Positions 1-9,992 of a stretch of 60,797 nt of DNA are shown here, piece after piece. A program made the position numbers and the translations under genes. The notes beneath the pieces were generated by a model. The model worked only from the letters and a program-made list of their open reading frames with translations. It was not told where the DNA came from and made no database searches. Numbering within the stretch: position 1 is the stretch's first letter; each line of letters starts with the position of its first letter. This stretch comes from Candidatus Hydrogenedentota bacterium (GTDB lineage: Bacteria > Hydrogenedentota > Hydrogenedentia > Hydrogenedentales > SLHB01), in NCBI GenBank assembly GCA_045863335.1, contig BTVY01000045.1, positions 1-60,797 of the forward strand, read 5' to 3'.

Positions 1-48
1 ATGCGCCTTGACGCTGCGTGCATTTCGAGCGGTACTGCAAGAACTGCA

Positions 49-77
49 CCCCTTCGAAGGGGGACTGAGGGGGATGT
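49..77 (-). repeat. REP-like palindrome, family A (CCCCCTTC[A/G]AAGGGGG core with C-rich leader)
   Basis: Reverse complement reads acatccccctcagtcccccttcgaagggg; same motif as the copies at 6709, 23982, 24132, 58546, 60621 and 60745. Confidence 0.8.
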
Positions 78-108
78 CGTATCGGGTAGCCCCGACAGCC
101 GCACTGCG

Positions 109-1473
109 CTAACGGATCGAATCGAGCAGCGACCACACGTAACCGGACGGTCCAGCCATCTTGTAGCCTGCCAAAGCTAGGGAGAAGAGCAGGCTTGCCA
201 CGAGGAAGGTGTTGCGTCCAAGGTTGGCTTTGTAATCGTGCATGAGCGATCGCTTGTTGATGAGGTAGAGGATGATGGCGATGGCCAGGGGGACGATCAC
301 CGCGTTCAGACCCATCAAGAGCAAGATCTTCAGCAGCGCCGGGAACTGCCAGAAGGGCGCGATGACGGCCGGCACGAAGATCCAGAGCGCCAGCAGGACT
401 TTGAAGGGCCGGTTGCCTTCACGGTAGCTCCAGTCCATGCGGGCGGCGTCGAGGCAGAAATAGCACATCAATTGGGCGACGACGACGAGGGTGGTCAGCC
501 CGCAGGCGAACAATCCCGCCGCGAACAACTTCGGCCCAAGAGCCGCGAGCGCGTACGGCATGGCGTGAGTCAGCACCTGGCCGGCCTGGTAGACCTTGTC
601 GATGTTGGCGTGGTTTTCGAGCGGATAGAGCGCGTAGCCGCCCGCGACGAGGACCAGCGTCGAGTAGAGCCCAAAGATCACCCCCAGCGAGATCACGGCC
701 TTCCAGAAGTATCGCGGCAGGTCTTCCGGCTTCGCCTTGTCGTCGGACGTGAAGTAGGAGAAGCTGAGTATGGGCGCGGCGGCGAGCGCGCCTCCGGCGA
801 TCCCCATGAGCGAGGAGAAGGCGTCGCGCGTTTGATCGGCGCCGGGGACGGCAAGATCGGCGGGAACGCGTGGCATTAATCCGGCGAGAATCGCGGGGAG
901 TTCGACAAATCCCTTCAGCGCCACGATGAGGAAGCAGATGAACATGAAAAACAGGAGGCCCGTCATAAGCTTCTGCGCGCGCTGATAGCCGCCTGTCAGG
1001 AGCAGCGCGAGGATGGCGATGGGAAAGAACACCGAGAGGCCAATTTGGGCGTTGCGGAAGAACGCGGCGTATTTCGCGGAATCGCCGTCGACGGGCGGGT
1101 AGTAGCCGAGCATGGCGAGAAAAGAATCCGTCATGACGGAGGTCTGGCCCATGTTCACGAAGATGTTGAAGAGGACCATGACCACGAGTACGAACCAGGT
1201 GATGCCGGGATGAATCTCGTCGCGAATCACCGAGAGCATGCCTTTGTGTCCGGACATGACGCCGACGCGGGCGCCGGAGTCGAGACAGACGACCACGAAG
1301 GGCAGCGTGATGATGGCGACCCAGAGCAGGTCGTAGCGGAACCAGGCCCCGGCGAGGACAAGGGCCGTTGTGGAGCCCGCTCCCATGATACCCGCCGTCA
1401 TGACAGCCGCCGGACCGACGACCATGGCGATCACCTTGAGCCAACCGGGGACCTTGCTGGTCTCATCTGACAT
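109..1473 (-). CDS. NRAMP/MntH-superfamily (non-canonical, Nramp-related) membrane transporter
   Basis: About 11 hydrophobic segments; N-terminal GPAAVMTAGIMGAGSTT-AGAWFRYDLLW pattern typical of Nramp-like proteins. Start moved to ATG 1473, which has an AGGAG RBS at 1481-1485. Confidence 0.7.
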   Translation of the reverse strand: MSDETSKVPGWLKVIAMVVGPAAVMTAGIMGAGSTTALVLAGAWFRYDLLWVAIITLPFVVVCLDSGARVGVMSGHKGMLSVIRDEIHPGITWFVLVVMVLFNIFVNMGQTSVMTDSFLAMLGYYPPVDGDSAKYAAFFRNAQIGLSVFFPIAILALLLTGGYQRAQKLMTGLLFFMFICFLIVALKGFVELPAILAGLMPRVPADLAVPGADQTRDAFSSLMGIAGGALAAAPILSFSYFTSDDKAKPEDLPRYFWKAVISLGVIFGLYSTLVLVAGGYALYPLENHANIDKVYQAGQVLTHAMPYALAALGPKLFAAGLFACGLTTLVVVAQLMCYFCLDAARMDWSYREGNRPFKVLLALWIFVPAVIAPFWQFPALLKILLLMGLNAVIVPLAIAIILYLINKRSLMHDYKANLGRNTFLVASLLFSLALAGYKMAGPSGYVWSLLDSIR

Positions 1474-1503
1474 GGCGCGCCTCCTTCCCGCGGATCGGCA
1501 TTG

Positions 1504-1532
1504 ACCGTAGACGAGCGGAAGTGCAAAGTCAA
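1504..1532 (-). promoter_or_regulatory. Putative sigma70 promoter of the transporter
   Basis: TTGACT-N17-TACGGT on the minus strand, 30 nt upstream of ATG 1473. Confidence 0.4.
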
Positions 1533-1576
1533 TCGCATCAACGTGTTCCTTAACCAGCGAGGACACGTGAAGCATA

Positions 1577-1585
1577 TGGTATAAT
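1577..1585 (+). promoter_or_regulatory. Putative extended -10 promoter
   Basis: TGGTATAAT (TGn + TATAAT) about 50 nt upstream of ATG 1635. Confidence 0.5.
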
Positions 1586-1634
1586 TCGGCGGGATCGTGT
1601 GACTCCGTGCAACCTCACAGGAGGGGGATTGGCT

Positions 1635-2660
1635 ATGGCACGGTGGCGCACGCTTGTTTTGGCGCTATTGTTGGTTGTGGTTGGATTGGGCTGTCCGGCG
1701 CCGGACGATCCTGGTGTCACGGATAATCCGCCACAAGACCCTCCTACCGATCCCGAACCGCCAGGTGAAGAGGGCTATCCCGATCTGGGCGTGAACGCCG
1801 ACCTTCATGGCGCGCAAGTCTTTCCGCCGGACAATCCTTGGAACACGCGCGTCGATACCCTGCCGGTCGACCCGAATTCGGACACGCTGATCAACAGCAT
1901 CGGACGATGGGACCATCTGCATCCCGACTTTGGGGCCAACTGGAACGGGGGGCCGTTCGGGATTCCGTACATCGTGGTGTCGGGCAGTACGCCGGGGAAG
2001 CAGGTTGAATTCGACTACTGGGATGAAAGCGATCCGGGGCCGTATCCGATCACGGCGAATACGCCCATCGAAGGCGGGCCGAACTCGAGTGGCGACCGGC
2101 ACATGATCATGATCGACCGGGACAACTGGTTCTTGTATGAGCTGTACGCCGTCTACCCGCCGGACCGGCCGGGGGAACCATATGAAGCCGGTTCGGGCGC
2201 GATCTGGGACTTGACCTCGAACGACCTGCGTCCTGCGGGCTGGACGTCGGCAGACGCGGCGGGGCTGCCCATCTTTCCTGGGCTGGTGCGGTACGATGAG
2301 GTTGTTGGCCAGGGCGAGATCAAGCACGCGATTCGCTTCACCGTGAGCCAATCCCGGAAGGCCTACGTGTACCCGGCGCGACACTATGCCAGCAACAACA
2401 CGAGCGCGTCGTTGCCGCCCATGGGGATGCGCGTGCGGTTGAAAGCGGGTTTCGACATCTCCGGGTTCTCGGCGCACAACCAGGTGATCCTCCGGGCCAT
2501 GAAGAAGTACGGCATGATCGTGGCGGATAACGGAAGCGACTGGTATTTCTCGGGGGCGCCCGACGCGCGATGGGACGACGACGAGTTAAGCGAGTTGAAG
2601 TCGCTGGTTGGCGATGACTTCGAGGTCGTCCAAATGGGGACTATCGTGACGGGCAAGTGA
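1635..2660 (+). CDS. Uncharacterised lipoprotein with Pro/Asp-rich linker
   Basis: Signal peptide with lipobox-like VGLG-C, PAPDDPG...PPTDPEPP linker, then a globular domain (PPDNPWN, GDRH, TSADAAGLPIFPGL, GMIVADNG); GGAGG RBS. Confidence 0.7.
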   Translation: MARWRTLVLALLLVVVGLGCPAPDDPGVTDNPPQDPPTDPEPPGEEGYPDLGVNADLHGAQVFPPDNPWNTRVDTLPVDPNSDTLINSIGRWDHLHPDFGANWNGGPFGIPYIVVSGSTPGKQVEFDYWDESDPGPYPITANTPIEGGPNSSGDRHMIMIDRDNWFLYELYAVYPPDRPGEPYEAGSGAIWDLTSNDLRPAGWTSADAAGLPIFPGLVRYDEVVGQGEIKHAIRFTVSQSRKAYVYPARHYASNNTSASLPPMGMRVRLKAGFDISGFSAHNQVILRAMKKYGMIVADNGSDWYFSGAPDARWDDDELSELKSLVGDDFEVVQMGTIVTGK

Positions 2661-2743
2661 ACAAGCAGTAGGGTTTTTCGGACGGATTATGGATCGCGAG
2701 TTGAACAGATGACCTTGGGCGTCGTTGGGGGCGACAAATCTGC

Positions 2744-2838
2744 CGCCCCTTCCGGGGCTTGGTGAACAGGGTGGATCTGTTAACCCAACGTTCCGCTTCG
2801 CTCCACGTTGGGCTACAACCTTTCGCCCCTACCGGGGC
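2744..2838. repeat. Three-hairpin REP-like element (family B)
   Basis: cGCCCC-ttcc-GGGGC at 2744-2758, CCCAACGT...ACGTTGGG at 2784-2812, cGCCCC-tacc-GGGGC at 2824-2838. Confidence 0.65.
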
Positions 2839-3196
2839 GGAAGACCTGCGACGTATATGGCGTGAAGCCGGGCTGCATCGTTTCACTCCCTAGGGCGGAC
2901 CGCGTGCGCCGTATCTGGGGTCTGCTTGACTTACATTTCGCGAGACGCCCTACCATTCGTACCGGCTATTTCGCCCTGTACCACCAGCGACCGGCCCGCG
3001 CAGTATTCGCAATACTGGCAGTCGCATTCCTTCATCGTGTACCATGGGGGCGTGGCTGGGATTCCCCGGACATTCTACGGGCATTCCTAAACTCTGAAAA
3101 GCTGTGGGCGGTGGCCTGACCGGGAATCGATCTTTTCGATAGCCGGGGGAACATTCTTTGCCTGCGCGAAATTGTGGAAGAGAAGTAGGCAGCACC

Positions 3197-6100
3197 ATGA
3201 AAAAACGCGAACCGGGCAAACACATTACGAAACTGATGGCCGCGAATCGGAGCGAGATTGCGATTCGCGTGTTCAGGTCCGCCCACGAAATGGGTATTCG
3301 GACCGTGGCGATCTATTCCCATGAAGACCGCTACGCACTGCACCGCTTGAAGGCGGATGAGTCGTATGCGGTGGGCAAACCGGGAGAACCGCTTCGGGCC
3401 TATCTCGATATCGAGAACATCATTGCCGTTGCGAAACAGTGCGGCGTCGACGCTATCCATCCCGGATACGGTTTTCTTTCGGAGAACCCCGATTTTGCGC
3501 GGGCGTGCGAAGAAGCGGGGATTCTGTTTGTAGGTCCGCCGGTGGAGGTGCTCAAACGGCTTGGCGACAAGATCGAAGCGCGGGAGATTGCACGGGCGGC
3601 GGGAGTCCCTATCCTTTCCGGCGGTTCAAAGCCCATCCGTAACCTTCGCGATGCAAAACGCCTGGCGGACGAACTCGGGTATCCGGTGATGCTCAAGGCG
3701 GCGAAGGGCGGCGGCGGCCGGGGCATGCGGGTCGTGCATTCCGAAAAAGATTTGGCCGACGCGCTGGGTCAGGCGCAGCGCGAGGCGCTCACGGCGTTTG
3801 GCAGCGACGACGTATTTCTGGAGAAGTTCATTGCGCGCGCCCGGCATATTGAAGTGCAGTTGCTTGGCGACAAGCACGGCAACCTGGTGCATCTGTTCGA
3901 GCGGGACTGTTCGCTGCAGCGGCGTCATCAGAAAGTTGTGGAGATTGCGCCCGCATTGAACCTGTCGGAGGAGGTGCGGCAGCAACTTTGCGATGCGGCG
4001 CTCGCGATTGGTAACAGCGTCGGTTACGTGAGCGCGGGCACGGTGGAATTCCTGCTCGACACGGATACAAACAAGCCCTACTTCATCGAGGTGAATCCGC
4101 GCATCCAGGTCGAGCATACGGTTACCGAGGTCGTAACCGGCGTCGATATCGTCAAGGCGCAGATTCACGTGGCGCAAGGAGCCCGGCTGGCAGACCGCGG
4201 GATCGACGTGCCTTCGCAGGAGAGCGTGACGACGCGGGGATACGCCTTCCAGTGCCGCGTGACAACGGAAGACCCGCAGAACCAGTTCGTGCCGGATTAT
4301 GGCCGTATTTCCCACTACCGTTCGGCGAGCGGGTTGGGCATTCGCCTGGATGCGGGCACGGCGTTCTCGGGCGCGACCATTACGCCGTTCTACGATTCGC
4401 TGCTGGTCAAAGTGACCGTATGGGCGCGCAATTTCGAAGACGCGACCCGGCGCATGGAGCGGTGTTTACAGGAATTCCGCGTGCGCGGCGTGAAGACGAA
4501 CATTCCGTTCTTGATCAACTTGATCGAGCATCCTTCGTTTATCCGGGGCGAGTGCACGACGCGGTTTATCGATGAGACGCCGAAGCTTTTCGAGATTGCC
4601 GCTCGAAAGGACCGCGCCACGAAGGTGCTCACGTATCTTGGCGAGATCGCGGTGAACGGCCACTCCCTGGTCAAAGGTCGCGCAGTTCCAAGTTCCATGG
4701 AACCGCCGACTCCACCGGAGGTCGCCAAGTTTGTCGCTCCCCCCAAAGGCACGCGGCAGCGGCTCGCGGAGTTGGGCCCGGAAAAATTCAGCGAGTGGGT
4801 GCTGAAACAGAAGCGCTTGCTCTTGACGGACACGACGTTCCGTGACGCCCACCAGTCGCTCCTGGCAACGCGGATGCGAACCTATGACATGCTGGCCATC
4901 GCGGACGCGTATGCACGGCTGGCCCCGGAGATGTTCTCCATTGAGATGTGGGGCGGCGCGACGTTCGACACGTCTATGCGGTTCTTGAATGAATGCCCCT
5001 GGCAGCGGTTGGCGGCATTGCGCGAGCGGATTCCGAACATCTTGTTCCAGATGCTGATTCGGGCGTCGAACGCGGTGGGGTACACGAGTTATCCCGACAA
5101 CGTGGTGCGCGAGTTTGTCAAGGAATCCGCCGACGCAGGAATTGACGTGTTCCGTATCTTCGACGCGCTGAACTGGGAACCGAATCTCAAGGTCGCGATT
5201 GAGGCGGTGCAGAAGTCCGGTAAGATTTGCGAAGTGGCCATGTGCTACACGGGCGACATCACGAATCCCGAACGCACCAAATATTCCCTCGAATACTACG
5301 TGAAGCTGGCCAAGCGGCTGGAGGAAATGGGCGCGCACATCCTGGCGATTAAGGACATGGCGGGACTGTGCAAACCTTTCGCGGCGGAATTGCTGGTGCG
5401 CACGCTGAAGCAGGAAGTGGGCATCCCCATCCATTTCCACACACACGACACGAGCGGCGTGCAGTCCGCCGCGTTGTTGCAGGCGGCCAACGTCGGCGTG
5501 GATATTGTGGACGGCGCCAGCGGCCCCATGTCGGGCATGAGTTCGCAGCCGAACCTGGATTCCCTGGTTGAGGCGATGCGGTTCCACAAGCGGGAGACCG
5601 GGCTGAATCCGGACAATCTCCGCAAACTGGCCACGTACTGGGAGAAGGTCCGGGAACAGTATGCGCCCTTTGAGTCGGGGCAGAAGACCTCGACGGCGGA
5701 AGTCTACCAGCACGAGATGCCAGGCGGGCAGTACACGAACCTGTATGCGCAAGCGCAGGCTTTGGGCGTAGCGGATCGCTGGACTGAAGTCTGCCACATG
5801 TATTCGGAGGTGAATCAGCTCTTCGGCGATATCGTGAAGGTGACACCCAGCTCCAAAGTCGTCGGTGACATGGCGCTCTTCATGGTCGCCAACAACCTGA
5901 CGACTGCCGACGTGCTGGAATCCAAGAAGGAACTCGCGTTTCCCGAGTCCGTGGTCGAGATGATGATGGGACGGCTCGGGCAGCCGCCGGGCGGATTCCC
6001 GCCCAAGCTGATCAAGCGCGTCCTGCGCGGCAAGAAGCCGTTGCGGGGGCGTCCCGGCGCGAGCATGCCGCCCGCGGACTTTGACGCGGCGGCGAAGAAG

Positions 6101-6661
6101 TTGGAGAAGATGCTGGAGCGGCCGCCGACGAAGCAGGAGGTGCTTTCGCATTTGCTGTATCCCCGGGTGTACGAGGACTTCGCGCGGCATCAACAAACCT
6201 ATTCCGATACGAGCGTCTTGCCGACGCCGGTCTTCTTCTATGGCCTACAACCGGGTCAGGAAACGGCGTTCGAGATCGAGCCGGGCAAGACGTTTATCGT
6301 CAAGTGCATCACGATCGGCGATCCGCATCCAGACGGGCACCGTACGGTGTTCTTCGAACTGAACGGGCAGCCCCGGAACGCAACCGTGGTCGATACGTCG
6401 CTTGAATCGCAGGTGGTCAAACATCCAAAGGCCGATCCTGGCGATCCGGATCAGGTGGCGGCTCCGATGCCCGGTCTCATCGTGAACGTGGCCGTGCAGG
6501 CGGGCGACGACGTCGCGGAGGGTCAGAAGTTGCTGACGCTGGAGGCCATGAAGATGGAGATGACCATCTACTCGCCGCGCAAGGGAAAGGTCGCGGAGTT
6601 GCTGGCGGGGCCGCAAACGCAGGTGGAAGCGGGCGATTTGCTCGTGCGGTTGGGCGACTAG
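3197..6661 (+). CDS. pyc: Pyruvate carboxylase (single-chain BC-CT-BCCP)
   Basis: ANRSEIAIR and GGGGRGMR (biotin carboxylase); DTTFRDAHQSLLATR and HFHTHDT (carboxyltransferase); C-terminal EAMKM biotinylation motif. Confidence 0.97.
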   Translation: MKKREPGKHITKLMAANRSEIAIRVFRSAHEMGIRTVAIYSHEDRYALHRLKADESYAVGKPGEPLRAYLDIENIIAVAKQCGVDAIHPGYGFLSENPDFARACEEAGILFVGPPVEVLKRLGDKIEAREIARAAGVPILSGGSKPIRNLRDAKRLADELGYPVMLKAAKGGGGRGMRVVHSEKDLADALGQAQREALTAFGSDDVFLEKFIARARHIEVQLLGDKHGNLVHLFERDCSLQRRHQKVVEIAPALNLSEEVRQQLCDAALAIGNSVGYVSAGTVEFLLDTDTNKPYFIEVNPRIQVEHTVTEVVTGVDIVKAQIHVAQGARLADRGIDVPSQESVTTRGYAFQCRVTTEDPQNQFVPDYGRISHYRSASGLGIRLDAGTAFSGATITPFYDSLLVKVTVWARNFEDATRRMERCLQEFRVRGVKTNIPFLINLIEHPSFIRGECTTRFIDETPKLFEIAARKDRATKVLTYLGEIAVNGHSLVKGRAVPSSMEPPTPPEVAKFVAPPKGTRQRLAELGPEKFSEWVLKQKRLLLTDTTFRDAHQSLLATRMRTYDMLAIADAYARLAPEMFSIEMWGGATFDTSMRFLNECPWQRLAALRERIPNILFQMLIRASNAVGYTSYPDNVVREFVKESADAGIDVFRIFDALNWEPNLKVAIEAVQKSGKICEVAMCYTGDITNPERTKYSLEYYVKLAKRLEEMGAHILAIKDMAGLCKPFAAELLVRTLKQEVGIPIHFHTHDTSGVQSAALLQAANVGVDIVDGASGPMSGMSSQPNLDSLVEAMRFHKRETGLNPDNLRKLATYWEKVREQYAPFESGQKTSTAEVYQHEMPGGQYTNLYAQAQALGVADRWTEVCHMYSEVNQLFGDIVKVTPSSKVVGDMALFMVANNLTTADVLESKKELAFPESVVEMMMGRLGQPPGGFPPKLIKRVLRGKKPLRGRPGASMPPADFDAAAKKLEKMLERPPTKQEVLSHLLYPRVYEDFARHQQTYSDTSVLPTPVFFYGLQPGQETAFEIEPGKTFIVKCITIGDPHPDGHRTVFFELNGQPRNATVVDTSLESQVVKHPKADPGDPDQVAAPMPGLIVNVAVQAGDDVAEGQKLLTLEAMKMEMTIYSPRKGKVAELLAGPQTQVEAGDLLVRLGD

Positions 6662-6708
6662 TGTAGTGAATTCGAGATTCGTTTCTTTTTTTGTCCCGGT
6701 ATCTGCGG

Positions 6709-6740
6709 GAACACCCCCTGAATCCCCCTTCAAAGGGGGA
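6709..6740 (+). repeat. REP-like palindrome, family A
   Basis: gaacaccccctgaatCCCCCTTcaAAGGGGGa followed by cTTTT; may also act as a terminator or mRNA stabiliser after pyc. Confidence 0.8.
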
Positions 6741-6841
6741 CTTTTAGCGACACGTGACACAAGATTTTTGAGAAGGAACTTAAGGTTCAGGACACTAGCG
6801 ATGCCGAGAGACCGTGTTATAACGAGAACCCGGGTACAGTC

Positions 6842-7651
6842 ATGATCCGAAAGACATCGGGACGCTCATCGCGCAATGCGATCTCCGTCGCGCGGGTCAA
6901 GCGCGAGACCTTTGTGCGGTCGATTGAATACCACCGCGCGTACCCTTCCACAAACACGCGCGCCATGGAGATCGCCGAGGATGCGAGCAGCGCCGTTCCG
7001 GCATTGGTTATCACGGAGATCCAGACCGCGGGCCGCGGCCGCGGCGACAATGTGTGGTGGTCGGCGGCGGGGGCGTTGACATATTCGCTCGTGCTCGACC
7101 TCAAGAATCGTCAGTCGAATCCCCTTTCGTGGCCTACCTTTGCCCTCGCGACGGCCGTCGCCGTGTGTGAAACACTCGAAGCGCGGGATCCGGAACTTGA
7201 GTTCGGGATCCGCTGGCCCAACGACGTCTTTTGTGGAAACCGGAAGATTTGTGGGATTCTGCCCGAATTGTGCGGGACATCACGGCTCGTGTTGGGAATT
7301 GGCGTGAATGTCAACAACGCGATGGTCGAAGCGCCGGAAGCGCTGCGGCAAACCGCAGTCTCGTTGATCGATTTGACGGGAAAGCGATGGAACCTGACGG
7401 AAACGCTAATCGCCCTGCTCCAGACGCTGGAGCGGCGCTTCGACGACCCAGAGCTTCCAGCGGCATGGGCGAAGCGGTGCTTGCTCCGCGGCCACCAGGT
7501 AACCGTCCGGTTTGAGACCCGGGAGTCCACGGGGCTGTGTAAGGGAATCGAGCCGAACGGAGCTTTGCTGCTCGAAATCGGAAACACATGCGAGCGTTTC
7601 TACGGCGGAACGATCGTGCGTATCGACGATGAACCAACCAGTTCCGCGTGA
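6842..7651 (+). CDS. birA: Biotin--protein ligase (no N-terminal HTH)
   Basis: PSTN, QTAGRGR, WPND and KICGIL motifs, GIGVNV, C-terminal SH3-like domain; adjacent to pyc. Start uncertain. Confidence 0.92.
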   Translation: MIRKTSGRSSRNAISVARVKRETFVRSIEYHRAYPSTNTRAMEIAEDASSAVPALVITEIQTAGRGRGDNVWWSAAGALTYSLVLDLKNRQSNPLSWPTFALATAVAVCETLEARDPELEFGIRWPNDVFCGNRKICGILPELCGTSRLVLGIGVNVNNAMVEAPEALRQTAVSLIDLTGKRWNLTETLIALLQTLERRFDDPELPAAWAKRCLLRGHQVTVRFETRESTGLCKGIEPNGALLLEIGNTCERFYGGTIVRIDDEPTSSA

Positions 7652-7660
7652 GGATAACTG

Positions 7661-8392
7661 CTATTCGCCGACGACCGGCGCCTTTTCTGTCTCGGAAGTC
7701 ACACCTGGCGGGAGTTCCAGGATTTGGATGTTCCTGAAGTGAATCTCCGCGCCTTCGGATTCGAGGCAGAGATACCCCTTCTTCACCGATGAATTGCGAA
7801 TCCCGTTGACGAACTTGCCGTTGACGGACAGCTTGATGACGCCGTCCACGCAGACCACGTCGTAGACATTCCACTCGCCCTTGCCTTTGCACCGGTTTTC
7901 GATGGACTTGCTGCGGTTGCCGCGCGGGTTGTCCGGTTCCGTCACCGCGCCGTTGGCTCCGAACAATTCGCCGTGCACGTATGCAATAGGCGGAAGTTCG
8001 CCGTCGGCACCGCGATGCTGGTTGACCCAGTCCAGTTCCAGCATCTGGACCTCGACCCCTTTGGGAAGGTCGCGTCCTTCCGGCACGGTTCCCTCGCTCC
8101 ATACGAACACGCCGGAATTTCCACCCGCTTCCATGTGCCGCCATTCGATGTGGAGGATGAAGTTCTCGTATTGTTTCTCGCTGCGCATGACGCCGATGGG
8201 GTTACCTTTGCACACGAGCAAGCCGTCCTGCACGGTCCAGGTGTCTTCCGCGGTATTCACATTGACCCAGCCGGAGAGATCCGTTCCGTTGAAGAGAGGC
8301 CGGAACGCTCCAGGTTCTTCCGCGTATGCCAGGAAAAGACCCGTTGCCATGACCCAGGCCGTGAGTGTCAGTGTGATTCGGAGCGGTTTCAT
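7661..8392 (-). CDS. DUF1080 / 3-keto-disaccharide hydrolase family, secreted
   Basis: [29 protein letters not shown] and [17 protein letters not shown] motifs; signal peptide. Confidence 0.9.
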   Translation of the reverse strand: MKPLRITLTLTAWVMATGLFLAYAEEPGAFRPLFNGTDLSGWVNVNTAEDTWTVQDGLLVCKGNPIGVMRSEKQYENFILHIEWRHMEAGGNSGVFVWSEGTVPEGRDLPKGVEVQMLELDWVNQHRGADGELPPIAYVHGELFGANGAVTEPDNPRGNRSKSIENRCKGKGEWNVYDVVCVDGVIKLSVNGKFVNGIRNSSVKKGYLCLESEGAEIHFRNIQILELPPGVTSETEKAPVVGE

Positions 8393-8657
8393 TGTCGTTT
8401 CCCTCTATTCGTAAAGATCCCGATGAGCAATAAAACGTCAAGTCGTATCGCCCATCCTATCAACCGTCCCGGTGAATAGCCAATGTGGGCGCGCTCGCGC
8501 GGATCGGGGCACGATTGAGCCACATGTCCCGAATGGGGTAGATTACCGATTGCGTGTCCGGACGATGGTTTGGATCCGGAAACGGTTTGGATGCGGCGGC
8601 GGGGAAATGCGCGCAGCGCGGCAGAGTCTCGGCACCGGCGGATTCGGAGTCACTATC

Positions 8658-9992
8658 ATGAAGCAAGACATCTCACGCAGGACCTTTCTCAAGCGCGCGG
8701 CCGCGACGAGTGTGGCGGGGCCATTGATACTGCCGCGGCTCAGCTTTGCGTCGCCGGCGAACAGCCGGTTGCAGCATGCCGCCATTGGCGTGGGAGGCCA
8801 GGGCGCAGGCGATTTGGGGAACATCTTCAGCAGCGACAAAGTTGATGTCGTGGCGTTGTGCGATGTGGATGAGAACAATCTCCAACGGGCGGCGCAGACC
8901 TATCCGAACGCGCGGCTCTACCGCGATTGGCGCGAGATGCTGGACACGGAGGAGAAGAACATCGATTCCGTGAACATTGCGACTCCCGACCACACGCATG
9001 CGCCGGCGGCGATGACGGCGATTCGAAAAGGCAAACATGTCTATTGCGAGAAGCCGCTGACCCACGAGGTACACGAAGCGCGCAAGTTACGCCTCGCGGC
9101 GCACCGCCAAGGCGTGGCGACCCAGATGGGCAACCAGATCCACGCCCACGAGTTCTACCGGACGGCGGTGCAGTGGGTGCATGAAGGCGCGATCGGCAAA
9201 GTGAAGGAATGGCATTCGTGGAGCGCGGCCATCTTTACAACCGATGACAAGAAACGCCCGGAAGGCCGCGATCCGATTCCGCCGACGCTGGACTGGGAGT
9301 TGTGGATCGGAACCGCGCCGGAGTGCCCGTACGTCGAGGGGGCCTATCACCCGTTCTGGTGGCGGCGTTATCGCGATTTCGGCGGCGGGGCCGTGGGCGA
9401 TTTCGGCTGCCACATTTTCGATCCCGTGTATTCGGCGCTGGGCGTCGGCGCGCCCTTATCGATCATGTGCGAGGCCGAAAGCGTGAGCGACGAGGTCCAT
9501 CCTGGCTGGACCATCGCATACTACGAGTATCCGGGAACGGACATGACGGCGGGAAAGACCATCAAGGCCACCTGGAGAGATGGCGGTAAACAACCGGACA
9601 AGGGTCTGTCTCCGCACTTGCCGAAGGACTACGCCATGCCGCCGAGTGGGTCCATGCTAATCGGCGAAGACGGTACGTTAGTCATCCCGCACGTTGCGGA
9701 ACCGCAACTGCATCCCATCGAGAAGTTCCAGAACTATCCGAAACCGGAACTGGAACCGCGCAGCCATTATCATGAATTCGTCGAGGCGGCGCTCGGGAAC
9801 GGCGTGTGCGGCTCGAACTTCGATTTCGCCGGGCCCATGGCGGAAGCCGTGCTGCTGGCGAACGTGGCGAACCGGTTCCCTGGGCAGACGCTGGAATGGA
9901 ACGATCGCTGGATGCGATTTACCAACTTCCGCGATGCCAATAAGTACCTGCGCAGGCGGTATCGCGTCGGCCACGGTGTCTGGGGATTGTGA
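8658..9992 (+). CDS. Gfo/Idh/MocA oxidoreductase, Tat-exported
   Basis: SRRTFLK Tat motif, GVGGQG, ATPDHTH, HVYCEKPL, GDFGCHIFD. Confidence 0.92.
   Translation: MKQDISRRTFLKRAAATSVAGPLILPRLSFASPANSRLQHAAIGVGGQGAGDLGNIFSSDKVDVVALCDVDENNLQRAAQTYPNARLYRDWREMLDTEEKNIDSVNIATPDHTHAPAAMTAIRKGKHVYCEKPLTHEVHEARKLRLAAHRQGVATQMGNQIHAHEFYRTAVQWVHEGAIGKVKEWHSWSAAIFTTDDKKRPEGRDPIPPTLDWELWIGTAPECPYVEGAYHPFWWRRYRDFGGGAVGDFGCHIFDPVYSALGVGAPLSIMCEAESVSDEVHPGWTIAYYEYPGTDMTAGKTIKATWRDGGKQPDKGLSPHLPKDYAMPPSGSMLIGEDGTLVIPHVAEPQLHPIEKFQNYPKPELEPRSHYHEFVEAALGNGVCGSNFDFAGPMAEAVLLANVANRFPGQTLEWNDRWMRFTNFRDANKYLRRRYRVGHGVWGL

Noticed and set aside
3001-3017. CAGTATT-cgc-AATACTG palindrome upstream of pyc as an operator or riboswitch
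   Set aside because: Single short palindrome with no second copy and no recognisable riboswitch consensus
4466-6196. 576-aa antisense ORF inside pyc
   Set aside because: Shadow frame of a high-GC gene with no recognisable motifs
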